Source: Rhizophagus irregularis (Eukaryota). Taken from it: a stretch of DNA of 64,000 nucleotides. How positions within the stretch are numbered: position 1 is the first letter of the stretch; each line of letters begins with the position of its first letter. The position numbers and the translations under genes were made by a program. Below, piece by piece: positions 39,401 through 52,591 of this stretch. Location of the stretch: positions 4,712,001 to 4,776,000 of the forward strand of contig NC_089433.1 in assembly GCF_026210795.1 (NCBI RefSeq). Direction: 5' to 3'. The notes under the pieces are model-generated. The model did not search any database. It was not told the DNA's origin and saw only the letters and a program-made list of their open reading frames with translations.

Positions 39401-40622
39401 GTCTTTTATAGAAAAAAAAAAAGTTTCTTGAATACATTTATTGCATTTATTGCATATTACACATGTTAAATTGTTCAAATTATCTCATTGTGAATTAATA
39501 ATTGAATGTTGATGTCGTATTATTTGATATTATTTGATATTATTTGATATACAGTAAATAGTATAATATGTATTTTTTCAAAAAGTAAATAAAGTAAAAT
39601 AATAATTTTTCAAAAAGTAAACGTGGTTAGATTCTATAATAGAGTTATTTTGAACTCCTTTTAAAATTAACAAAAAATGGTAATTTTTTTTAGGAACTCA
39701 AGTTCCGTTATAAGAAAATTATTTCCCCGGTTTTAGGGATAAGGGATAAATGAATTTTTTTTATTATAAACGGGATTAATATTAAAGTTTTTAAATGTAT
39801 AAAAGGGATTTTTTTTTTTACAACATTAACATTACAAATAAAACAAAAGGAAAATAGAATTAATTATATTTAAAAAGTAAGAATCTTCATTGTTTCTTTT
39901 ATTCACCGATTATTATTATGTTTTACCGATTATTAAAATAATAATATCTTGTTTCATTTTTTTTAAACCGTACAGTAAAAAAATTTTACGGAAATAATTT
40001 TTTATGTCCTATATTATAAAAAAATAAAGTTTTAGTTATTAAACTATTTTTAGTCATCTATAAATATAAAATGAAATACTACCATATAATAATTAATTGT
40101 TCATTGTATGTACAAATATAAAAAAAAATAAAATAAAATAAAAAAAAGCAGGGCTGGAATGGGTGAAATGGTTGTTGAATAAGCTGAATAAATAAATCAT
40201 TGTTTACAAATAAACCATAAAGAGAGTTGATCGGCCGATCATCCCTTACGCTTTTGTCAAGTTATTTATGTTGTTTAAAAGAATAATAGAAATATACTGT
40301 GAGAAATTTCGATTCTATTGATTTAATCTACAAATTACATATAAAGAAATAGATTGATATAATAGTGTAATTTTTTTATATAAAGAGGCGACTTTTTTCG
40401 TTCGTAACATTTATTCTTTGAAAAAACATCTCAAAAAAAATATCAAAATATTTTTTTTTTTTTAAAAAAAAATCAATTTTTTATAAATACTTCAATACTT
40501 CAATACTACAATACTTTAAACTTCAAAATTTCAAAATTTCAAAACTTCAAAACTTCAAAACTTCAAAACTTCAAAAACATTTTTCGTCTTTTTCTTTAAC
40601 AATTTTATATCATCTTAAAAAA

Positions 40623-41249
40623 ATGTCTGTCGTCGTCGTTGAACAACAAAACTTGGAACAAAACTTGGAACAAAATATCGTCGAAAATATCGAAAATATC
40701 GAAAATATGGAATTTCAAAATCCAATAAATCCAATAAATTCATTCATACCTAATTCTCAATTATCAGAATCTCCATTAGAAGAACCTTATTTATTTGAAG
40801 GAGAAGAATTTTATTATTATTATTATAATAATCAATTTACACCAGAAGAACAAGCAATATTGGGAATTACTTATGATGGTGATAATCAAATGTATAATAT
40901 AAATGAACAAGTTAATTCAATATTAACTTGGTCACCGGAAATTGAACTACAAAATCATATGAACGAGTTTCCTTATTTATATAATGGTATCATAGAAAAT
41001 GATAACTTTGATTCCTTTAATCCTTTTATGGTACAACCTTCCGTATATAATGAATCAACAACATTAGGCGGTAATTTATTATTAACACAACCACTCTCTG
41101 AAGTAACTCAAAATGTAATTGAAAATCAACAATTCCAATCATATAATTGGTGTGATTTATCATCCTTTTCGGATGCACACCAATTTATTATTGATAATAA
41201 TATTTCTACTAAAATTGCTGAACAAAATAATAATAATAATATTAATAAT

Positions 41250-41286
<37 letters not shown>

Positions 41287-41342
41287 TATCATCTGAAAAT
41301 CATTATACTGCTTGGACCGATTTTCAATTATTAGAAGCTTAA
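40623..41342 (+). CDS. Intronless Asn/Gln/Glu-rich, acidic low-complexity protein (239 aa), unknown function
   Basis: A long open frame in very AT-rich DNA with AAAAAAATG start context, upstream TATATAAA (about 40377) and a CTTCAAAA-repeat leader. Internal repeats preserve the frame. Confidence 0.7.
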
Positions 41343-43829
41343 AACCTTAAAATGGTTTATAAAAAGAAATGGACTTTTATATATATTTTATTAATTTTTT
41401 TCATTATTATTTAGTCATTTTAGATATTATTTTGTCTATCCACTACTAGCATTGCATTTTTTTTATATTAAAATAAAATTCATTTTGTACATTCTAAAAA
41501 TTTTTTTTTTTTAACTTGATTACACAAGTATAAATTAATTTGTTTTTTTGTTTTGCATCTAATTTTGTTCAACAAGTTTCAATTTATTTCGTCGTTGTCT
41601 TCTAAATCAATTATAAACAAGCTGTAAAGGGACGCCAATTTTAGTGTCGACGTCGACTAACCAATCAAAGTTTAATGTAATATTTACTACTGTCAACAAA
41701 AATGGTAATTTCTTTAAAAATATATATATATATATATATTTTTTATTACACGGAAATAAATAATCGTCCATTTTATTTTTTTCCATTTATGCTAAAAAAA
41801 GTCTTTGTTAATAATCATTTAATAAAATTTGTACGACCTTAAAAATGCAATCCTGAAACGTGAAAAAAAAAGAAATTTTCTTTTTAAATAATAATTTTTC
41901 CTATATTTAATTTTATCAAATAAATTACTTTAAATAATTTAATCAAACTTTCTCCGCATGAAAAAAATTTAAATGATTCGCGTTAATTTAATCGATTCTG
42001 TAACTTTATGCCGAATTTTGTGATACAAATTATGTCAAAGACAATGCTTATTGTAATAAATTTCTTGCAGCTGATTATTTTTTTGGTGCTTACCAAAAAA
42101 AGCGATTTAATTCGAAAAAAAAAAAATAAAATAAAATTTTATTTAAATTAGAATTTGGAATAAATTTTTTTATCAATGACAAAGAATCTTCTTTCAAAAA
42201 ATTAATTATTGTGTATATACATACATTATACATTATATATTATACAAGTATAACAAGTATACAAGTATACAAGTTTACAGTTTACAGAAAAAGTATTCTT
42301 ATTGCATAAACATAAAATTTTTTATGATTGAATTTTAATTTGGAAATTTTCCCATTCAAAAAAAAAAAAATAAAGTACGTAAACAATTCTTACAATGGTT
42401 GGCGTGGCGTCAGTGTAACTTTTATTTAAATGAAATTTTTTAGTGTAAAATTGACAAAATCGTTACATCATTCATTCAATGATACTTTATTAACTTTGTT
42501 ATTTAATTACTAAAATTAAAATTATAGATATTACAAGACTAGTCCAAAAATTATCTTTATTCGGCAATTAGCTTTTTTTTTCTTTATTACTTTTTCTTTT
42601 TTTCTTTTACGGCTTCATCCTTTATTACATTATGTACATTTTGAATAAATATTTATTTTTTTATAATTATTTATTTTCGTATTTGTATTTGTAATATATT
42701 ATTTATTATTATTAAAAAAGGTTTTAAAAAGCATTATTATTTATAATTATTATTATAATATTATTATGAAAGAAAAAAAAACAAGTTTTTCGTTGCTGAA
42801 CAGATATTGGTTGGACGTTTAAACATGTTAAACGAAGGGGAGATTTTTTAAATATTTTTATGTTAAACAATATAAAAATTTTTTCGCTATTGTTATTCGT
42901 ACTAAACTTTAACGGTCCTCGGCTAACTAAAAAACTGTGTTACTTTCCTTCATGGCTATAAAATTTCAAACATGTGCTTGAGTGTTTTTCCATGCAGAAA
43001 TTTCAACAAAATTTTCAACATTTCGACATCAATAAAAAAATGTACTTACACTAATCGACCACGATTAAGTTGCGACTTTTTGAATCATAAACTGTTTAAC
43101 AAGATGAAACAAATTATAATTAATACCGTTAGAGATTTTGTACTTTGAATTCAGGCATATGATTATTTATATTTTAGGTTTATTATATTTTTTTTACAAA
43201 GAAAATAAATAACTTTTTTTTTACCCCCTTGCAGATAAAACGAAATAAAAAAAAAATAAAAATAAAAAAATAAAAAAATAAAAAATTTCGTCGTAACTGC
43301 GCCACACGACAATCAATTATAGGTCAAACCCTTAAAAACAATAAGTCATTTTAATTATACTAACAAAAAATATACAAAAAAATATTTATTCATAATAAAT
43401 AAACTAATTAAAAAAACTTTAAAAAATTTTTTTTTTAATAATAAGGATATTATAAGTAAAAAATGAACTTTTTTTTTTTTTGTGGTTGTAAATAAAATAA
43501 ATTGTAAATAAAATTGTAAATAAAATTGTAAAAAAATCATTGGTATTTATTGGTGAGACTTGCGAGAAAATTATTGGATGATTTTTTTTAAAGTACAAAA
43601 TAACGAGTCTAACCTTCTAAAGGTATAAAAAAAAAAATTCATTTTTCGTAAAATAGAAATTTTTTTTTTTTATTTATAGATTTAAGATATTAATTATATG
43701 TCCTTTATCGGATATATTTTTGAGTTCATAAATTCCAAGTCGTTTATGTTTAAAAAAAAATTCTGATTATATTTTTTTATTTAACATTTTTATATTTTTT
43801 ATATTTTTATAATGATATATTTGTTTACT

Positions 43830-44587
43830 GTATTTCGAATTTTAATGAGCATATTTCGAAGGATTTCTAATTAATGTTCAAAATCCTTTTCTATTAAAAT
43901 GTTAAAATGTTATATTGGTTATATTAAAATTTCATAATATCAAAATATGATAAAATCATATTTGCCAGTAATTGTCAGTTGTCACCTCTAATTTGTCACA
44001 TACTTAATTTCACAGCGCCGTAATTCCGGTAACGTCACCGTAAAAAACGTGACTTTGGCCGGGATCAGGGCATTAAGAGTCGAAATATGTAACAAGTAAG
44101 CGGTGACAAATAGGATTTCCATACCGAAAAAATTTAAAGTCCCCTGGAGTCCTGGATTTAGTGAAAATGGAAAACGGGGACGTGGTGACAAATATTTTTC
44201 ATGTGGTCACGTGATAGTAAAATTTACGGTAACGCTGGGAAATTAGCGCTGGGGAAATTAGCTAGAAAATCACGTGAAGGTGAATTTTGATGGCGATCAG
44301 TGTTTTTTCTACATATTAAAACTGTGAAATGTCGGGACGACTCGTTACTTGTAATGGGTAGTATAGCGTCTACTTGTTTTGTATCTCCTCAGTACTCGTC
44401 TATATCTTAAAAATAAAAATAAATATAATAAACTGTAAATGCTTCGTTAATCTTAAACTATACCTAAATCAGTGCTAAATCACTATTCAACAGTACTCTG
44501 AAAAATATTTTTCATCGCTAAATATAATATTCAGTTGTTCAATAAACTAAACCCTATTATAAAAAATTTTATCCGTTATTTCTATAA
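43830..44587 (+). repeat. Direct repeat, copy 1 (copy 2 at about 50641-51140)
   Basis: Shared blocks GAAGGATTTCTAATTAATGTTCAA, GTGACTTTGGCCGGGAT.AGGGCATTAAGAGTCGAAATATGTAACAAGTAAGCGG and GCTAGAAAATCACGTGAAGGT; both copies end in TTTTATCCGTTATTTCTATAAA. Confidence 0.85.
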
Positions 44588-44809
44588 AAATGAGTCTTAC
44601 ATGGATCCATTAACGGAAAATGTTAAATAATTCGATAAATTCCGTGATATAAGGTTATTAATTCAGGAAAAATGAGCCTTTTCCTATAAAAAAATTTTGA
44701 TCACATGTCGGAGTTTTTTTGAATACAAAGAGTTTTTCCCAGAAAATTTTTTATAGGTTTACGGAAAAAAGATGGAATATAAAAAAACGGATCGACTTTT
44801 TTTACAAGG
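44552..44809. mobile_element. CCCT-terminal MITE carrying a nested 75-bp hairpin mini-element (44683-44757)
   Basis: Reverse-complement homolog of 54458-54606, which lacks the nested insert. The insert has CCTATAAAAAAATTTT inverted termini and a TTT duplication. Confidence 0.7.
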
Positions 44810-46759
44810 AATATTTTTATTAATTATCGCTAAATCATTATTACTATTAATTCTAACACATTATTAAAGATTAAAAATTACAAATATTAAATGACAGGTT
44901 AGAAATTTAGAATATCGGTCTTCAATCATCCAATAAAAAAAGTATTACTATTACTGTATTACTATTAGAATTAGTTATTAATAAACGTTAAAAAAATATC
45001 GATCCATTAGGATCGAAATTCCCTGACTTTGTGAACAAAAATATTATAAATTATGTACTGTTATCGGGAATTTATACTTTTATGTATGTATTATAAATTA
45101 ATCAAACTTTGTCAGTCTTCTTTGACGAGAGAACTTAATAAATTTTCTGTTAAAATTTTATATACAAAAATCATAAAAAATTTTGATGTTAAAAATATAG
45201 TAGTACAACGTCAATTTTTTATCCTTTATAATTCCCAATAACAAAAGGTATTTATCATGACCTTTTAATGCTTTTCTTAAATATAGTAAATATAGTAGTA
45301 ATTTTTTTTTTAAAAAAAAAAAGAAATTATATAACATATATAGATCACGCGCAGTATCTGATTTATTTTAGTTTAATTTGGTTGAATGAACCATTAGAAT
45401 TTGATCCATTTGTAAGAAGAATCATTGTTTAAAATGCAAATCTTTTTACTTAATGGTATCTTGGGCGCTTCTTTAATATACTGTATTATTTCAAAATTCT
45501 TATTTTCCATGTATATATATATATATGATGTTATGACGTTTATGCATTTGGAAGCTGAAGCTTGCTAGAAATAATTATTCATGCAAGGAATTATAAATCA
45601 TTAATTTTTTTTTTACCATATTATTATATTATTTTGGTATCTATAATAAATCAACTCGGAGGATTGAAATTGTTATTATTTAAAAAAAAGTAATTAAAAA
45701 AAAAATATAAATTATGATAAATATTCTGAAGATGAATAATAAACCACCCGTTGATAAGGTTTTATTATTAAATTATTCTTTCAACAAGATAATAACATAA
45801 TTATAACATAATTAAAAAGAGAAAGTGTATTAATAATATAAAGATAGTTTTTGTACTTTTCCTGGACTTATTTTTATAACAGTTCTAATGATTACATCAG
45901 GAATTAATAACGTTAATATTGTTATAATTTTAAATTATGTTATTTTTCAGTCGATTAGGAATATGCGGGATTTTATTTTATGTCAGACATCCAATATTGA
46001 AATTGTTCAGTTATAGTGGTCGGACACGTAGAAGCTTGTGAAGGCAATATAATTAATAAAGAAATGCGTTATTAATCAGTTATTAGTAGCATTAATTCCT
46101 ATTGTTCACCGCAGTATTCCTAATGACTGACAGTTATTGGATGGGATATCGGTCTTTGATCGATATCTCTTTTCTCCCATCCAATAATATAGAGTTGTTG
46201 ATTGAAAAAAAAATACTATTAAAAACATAGTAAATTTCGATCATCTGCAGATGTATGGATAATGTAGTTTTGTAACGAAAATTAACAGAAGAAAAGGAAG
46301 TAGTAGGAAGAACTCTCTTCTAGGATGATAAAGGTAACGGCTAGGAGCTTAAGCAAACCCGATTCTAGATGATCTAGAGGAAAAGTTAGAAAGATATACC
46401 AGAAACGCAATAGAAAAAGAGTCTCAGAAAAGAGGAAATTATATACAAATTGTTTAAAGGGGTAGGAAGAGAGAAAATGAATAGGATAATAAATACAAGT
46501 ATGAAGACGATATTAAAATTAATATATAGTGAAGGGGAACTTGAAAGATTAATAGAGGAAGTAAATGACATAGAAGAAGAAAGACATAATACAATAGAGG
46601 GATAAATAGAAAAGATCAATTGTTTGATTGTAAGTCCATTTATCACCGTATTGGCCTCGTTTCCCTCTTTCTTTAATGAAACCAACTCGGATTGATGTGT
46701 AGGTAAGTACTTATAAAAACATCCCATATTTCGCCATTCAAAAAATATTTTTTTTCAGG

Positions 46760-47570
46760 GTGAATAGCTTTTCGATTATTTGGAAAATTCTCGACTGGAC
46801 CGATGCACAAACCCGTATTCTTATCAACGAGCGTAGAAGTAGGAACGAAGAATATCATAACTGGGGAGGAATAGATACGTATTTTGGGAAAGTATTACAA
46901 CTAGAATTAATGAAGAATTTGGTTCTAATTTCCTGGGACATCATTGTAAAGAAAAATTAAATAACTTTGTTCGGGATTATAATGTAAGCCCTTTTTCTTT
47001 GCTGGCACAGAAAAAGTTTAAGTACAGTATATAACATTAAGTAATCTCTAGTATTTTTTTCTATCTGGGAACTTTTAATCTTTTTTTCGAAATGAATATG
47101 AGAAAAAAGGCGATGTGTGAATATATATATGAATGGAAGTCGAAGAAACTATAATTAAACCACGGTAGATAAATTAACAGCTCGAAGGAGTCGAACAAGT
47201 GCTAGATATTTTGACGAGTTCCGCACTCACTTTTGGGAAAAACCTGAAAATGCTTTTGATAGGGTTCGTAGTAATACAGTATAAATGTTTCTAATCGTAG
47301 ACAAGGCAGAGGAATTGTTTCACCTGCACCTTCCATTGAGGTGGTTTAACGCGTACTAGGCCAAAGATCATCTAACCGAAGAAGTAGCAATCAAAGAAGT
47401 CGTACACGTTTGGAATCACCATCTGGCTCCACCTTTATCTCGTGATACAGGAATTCCTTCCGGAGGAGGAAATAACACGGCAATGTCATCTGTCCAGTCT
47501 CCATCTTATGATTATGCTACTGACAATCAATGTTCATCGAATATAATTCACTATATTCATGTACGCCTGA
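46760..47570 (+). pseudogene. Myb/SANT-like (trihelix-type) DNA-binding protein pseudogene
   Basis: WTDAQTRILINERRSRNEEYHN, then a frameshift to RNRYVFWESITTRINEEFGSNFLGHHCKEKLNNFVRDYN|GT. Downstream Arg/Ser-rich remnants are frameshifted. Confidence 0.65.
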
Positions 47571-48133
47571 AAATGCTAAAATATTAAATGTAATCTCTTA
47601 AGCCCCCGATATTCATTAGCCTTGCTAACCAGTTAAAGTCTTCAAAGTATGAGGCTCTGGATATTTCGGATAGGATAGACAAACAGGTTATTTCTCCACC
47701 CGGGTTAGATATACTAACGGGACCGCTTCAAGAAGATAAATTTGAATCTTAGTATAAGTTGATAATGAATCGTTAAAAACGCTATAAATCACTAATATTG
47801 CTATAGTAGTGCAGGCGTTAATCAATCTGCATTTGTGGTATAGGTTTCTAATTACTAATAAAAGGATTTGAACTTGGATAGGTGTGGTCGGTACTAATAG
47901 TTTACATATTTTTTATTAACTCGAGTGTAAAAATTTGACATATCCGCGTAATTTTGGAAAGACAAAGCGTTATTCTTATAAATACCTCACATGGTCTGAT
48001 ACGTAATTATGTGCGAATCAGACACGAGGATCATTCATGATTTTGATCTTAAGTGGCTTAGTTTATTCACGGATTTTTCTAATTTTTCAGAGTTCTTTCT
48101 TATCTTTGACGCTATTTTCAACGGAAGCAAAAT

Positions 48134-50472
48134 ATGGAAAATAAAACACCTTTCTCAAGAAGCACCCTTTTCAAATTTTTTACTCAGCCCGAGGTAATAT
48201 CCATGATCAGCTCTATAAACGCAAATGACATGTTCGCCTACTATCAGAAAGAACGGCCAAGCAACAACTTTTCAACAATATACGACGCGCTAAGCAAAGA
48301 TTTAGAAGAAATTATTGATTCAAATTTTTTTAATACGGATATAATGCAGATTTTGAGAAATATTAAGGACACATGGCATGTAAGTAAATTATTTTTTTTA
48401 TGTATATACAAGAGGGATAGCGCTCCCGTTTAAGGGATGTAAGTATCTGAAGGCAAGGAGGGACATATGGGGACTGCGGGTCACTCAAGTTTGGGAATTT
48501 GAGGGCTGTAAGCTATTCACTCAACTCTTCCATAGTCATTTTCGAAGCTGATTTATACAAGTTTTAAAAACTAATCCATTTTTGCTTTTAAGATATGGAA
48601 AAAGCAATTTATTCAACGAAGTCGTGAAAAAGTGGTCAACGAACAGGAGACCCACCGCAAAAATCGATTTGTGAGTGATATCTTTATTTTTTTTTTCTTA
48701 CTAAAAAAAACCAGATCACTACAATCACTGTTTTCTTTATAAGCAAACGATCACGAAATACCAAGAAGGTGTAGTCACGGTTGTCGATTCAGAAGCTATA
48801 AAATGGTCTGAAGAAACGATAAATGAAAAAGGCCCAATCTCCAAGCGACCTCATGAAAACGAAGAAAAAATCACTTCTAATAAGGTTAGCATAGAAACAA
48901 TATTTATATCCAATAGGTAAGATTAGATGAAATTATGTATACTACTAATTATTAAAGATCAAAAATAGAAATGAAGAGATGACAAGAGAAGAAGCGGGTA
49001 CATCAACTTCACCAATAAAGGTCAGGATAACTTAAATTATTAGTCCGCAAAAAACTTGATCTCACCATTTCACGTGCATACAGGTCGATACTTATGGAAA
49101 AGAAAAGTTTGCTAAAGAAAATACTACTCAAGAAGAAGTGCTGAACTCTGTGGTCGAAACTTCCGATATCTTCGGCAAAGTCAAATTCCCAGCATATTAT
49201 GATAAACTTAAGTCTATCTGGCACACCCGAGATGCTGAGGCGAATTATTTTATTATTGATATGGGGGATAAGGAAATACTAAATCAGGTGCATGAACTAT
49301 TGAGCGAGGATGAATTGTTATCGTTGAGAGAGAGACTGATATTGACGGATGAGGATGAATGTATAAGTGTAGAGACGTGTAGGTATATGACGCTGTTTGA
49401 TGAAATTATAAAGGAAGAGTGCTATCACGATAACGATCTGACGGAAGATATGGAAGGTGAAAATGATATCATAACCGATGAGGAAGAGTTTGAGAAAGTC
49501 ATTGCAAAAATGGAGGAAAAAGTGCATCAATTGGACAGCTTATCCGAAAAATTTCATTATCTATCTAATTACTTTCCTATTCCAGCTGAGAGTTACGATC
49601 AATCAAAAATGCCAGACATGTTTATTGTTAAGAGCGTCTCTAGTCACCTTGATACAATCACAAAAATGAATGGCATAATGAAGAACGCTCCTGAACGCAC
49701 ATGGACGGCTCATATATTATCATACCTATTTTTTGTTACATTCTGTTTTATTGATTCATTGCAATATTTCTCATGTGAACGAGATATCTCTACCAAGATT
49801 GACATTCAAGATAATGGTTATAAGGCTGATGGTGTCCTGGAACTTCATGAACGATTCAAGCGAATCCCATTGTTTTTGCTTGAGGTGTCGGATGGTCCTA
49901 TTAATCCGGGTAAAATTCATGGAGATAGAGTAAAGTTAATGAACGAAGGAGTTTTCGCGCTTAATAAATTTATAATGAGCACCGAGCTACCAAAGTGGAA
50001 AGTGTGTGATAAGTTGGGTGTTTTCCTAGCCCAAGGATTTGGTAAAGTTTTTAAATAATTTTAATATTTTGATCCTGCAGTGCTTCTTTGCTTTGGATCT
50101 AATATATTTCTTGTTTGTTTGCTTGTAGACGATAAAGTTATTATTGAGCAAATAATATTTATTGTGCCTGGCTTGTATATTTTTTCGCCATTTACATTCC
50201 CAGCACTAACCATTCCAACTTCTAACACCAATCTAGGACATGCACCTAGGCTCATCCGAACACTCTTGTGTTTGCGATTCAATATTATTAAGAAAATTGA
50301 GATGTTTAAGAAATTTGCGAAGGAAGGTCAGCAATGCTATGTGAACCCTAGAACAAAGTATGCAACTGGTATTACGCCGGGACGACTTAGAGTTGTGACA
50401 TTTGCACAATTTATACCGAAAGTATCAAAAGAGACTAGTAAAGTGAATAGTGGGAAAGGGAGAGGGCTCTGA
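48134..50472 (+). CDS. Six-exon gene (48134-48379, 48593-48670, 48744-48884, 48958-49020, 49084-50041, 50129-50472; about 609 aa) with a C-terminal PD-(D/E)xK restriction-endonuclease-like domain, Crinkler-effector-like
   Basis: GT-AG introns connect the ORF pieces in frame. The motif series ERTWTAHIL..ERDI..GYKADGVL..LFLLEVSDGP..KIHGDRVKL resembles Mucoromycota REase-fold effector domains. Confidence 0.75.
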
Positions 50473-50640
50473 TTAGATGTATTAGTAAAATAGTTTTTCG
50501 TAATTTTTTGTACTTTATCACATCATGTTCGTAATGCTGTCTGTTTAATAAGTGATATTAAGTCATAAATTCAAGTCATGTTTTAAAATATTAAAATTCC
50601 GATTATATTTGTTTTAGCATTTTTATAATTATATATTAGT

Positions 50641-51140
50641 TTATTTCGAAATTTTATGAGAAGGATTTCTAATTAATGTTCAAGATTCCTATTTGTCATA
50701 TTTGTCAGTAATTGTCACCTCTCATTTGCGCCGTAAGCCCGTAACTCCGGTAACGTCAGTGTGACTTTGGCCGGGATTAGGGCATTAAGAGTCGAAATAT
50801 GTAACAAGTAAGCGGGGACAAATAGGATTTCATTTTTTGTCCCGGACTTGAGAACGGGGACGTGAAGTCGTGAAGTCGAAAGGACAAATATTTTTCATGT
50901 GTTCACGTGATAGTAAATTTATGATAACGCTGGGGAAATTAGCACCGACAACACTGGCTAGAAAATCACGTGAAGGTAAATTAACTGTAAAATGTTTCGT
51001 TAATCTTAAACTATAGCAGATAGCTAAATCAGTGCTTCAACAGTCAAATCCGATAACCCTGAAAAATATTTTTCTTCGCTAAACATATTTGTTCAATAAA
51101 TTAAATTCCTATTAAAAATTTTATCCGTTATTTCTATAAA
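50641..51140 (+). repeat. Direct repeat, copy 2 (of 43830-44587), with internal deletions
   Basis: Same blocks in the same order as copy 1. Confidence 0.85.
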
Positions 51141-51327
51141 TATTTTAATAAGAACAGGTACAGAGGTATTATTATAATGCTAGACAAAAAGCTGATTAAT
51201 AATTTGATCAACTATTTATCTTTCATTTCTTATTTACTTATGTGTTCATTATGATGATAAATATTGATCTTGTTCTTAGGACATTTGAAACTTTATGGTT
51301 ACGTAGAATTAACGTCAGTGGGAATCA

Positions 51328-52134
51328 CATTGCCGTGTAACTTCGATTACAGTACGATTTCCCAAATGCTATTTTCCTAAATATACCTTTTCCCGAAGCC
51401 AATTACCTGAATATCAATTTTCTGAACTGGACATTTTCCTGAAATAATCAATTTCCGAATCCTTATTTCCTGAACTTTAATTTCCTGAAATTCTATTTCT
51501 TGAATTCCAGATCTCAATATCTCAAATCCCTATATCCTGAATGAGCAAGTTCCTGAAATATTTAACAATAAACTGTATTTTTAAAAATTTATTACATATT
51601 AGTTTATAAATATTGCACCATATTCCAATTTTTTCTAATTATTCAAGAAGTTCAAATGATATTATTAAATAATTTTAAAAGTGCCATAACATTTATTGGA
51701 AATTGAAGTTAGCTATTACTGAACATTTGTTAATTTCGCAATATATACTGTACATAGGAAAATTACTAACAAAACACTTTATCTATAAGGTATTCCAAAG
51801 TATAATTATACTTTATTATTGAAGTTTCTAAGTTTATTAAAAAAACATCATGTTACAATGCTTAATATAATTTTTCATGATTTAGCAAATATACTGTATA
51901 GATATTGGAATTCGGGATATTGGATCTGAGATATTTGAAATAAGGATATTGAGGTTCGAATATTTGGGATTCGGAATTCGAGAAATAGGATTTCAGGAAA
52001 TTGAAGTTCGGGAAATAAGGATTCGGGAAATTGTATGTTTCAGAAAGGGTCAGTTCGGGAAATTAGTATTCAGGTAATTGACTTCGGGAAAAGATATATT
52101 CAGGAAAATGCGTTCAGGAAATGGTCCGACAATG
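51328..52134. mobile_element. Non-autonomous long-TIR (Mutator/foldback-like) element
   Basis: Imperfect inverted ends of about 200 bp built from ~15-bp TTTCCTGAA / TTCAGGAAA subrepeats, with CATTG.CG...CGACAATG termini. Confidence 0.75.
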
Positions 52135-52591
52135 CTTTATAATTATAGACTTGGTACACATGCACTTGTGTATTTTCAAGTTTTAATTTACCATAACGAT
52201 AAGAAAACAGAAATGTCAGTTAAACTAATCTTCCTCTTACTCCATTAGAAACAAATATGAATACCAAATGATAATAATTAATAGTATGGATCTCGATTCA
52301 ATTAATTTAGTTGGTAATATTTTAAACAGATTAGAAGAGTAAGCCAAAGATAAATACTAATGTTAATTTAAAGAGTAGTAGGCGCAATAAAGGAAAGTGG
52401 AATGTAATTTTTAATACATAAAAATAAATAATAATTTTCGAACTTGTTAACGTCAAGCCGTATCTAGTCACGTCAACAACGTAATACAATATGGCGCAAC
52501 TTTGAGATACGTCACTAATCAAATCATTTTTTATAAAATAGAATAAAGATTTATGTAAAACAACATAATAATATATTATCTCTTTCTATCT

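Noticed and set aside
46230..46727. Purine-rich coding-like stretch and minus-strand 113-aa ORF
   Set aside because: Possibly a retroelement remnant, but it contains stops and no motif I can identify.
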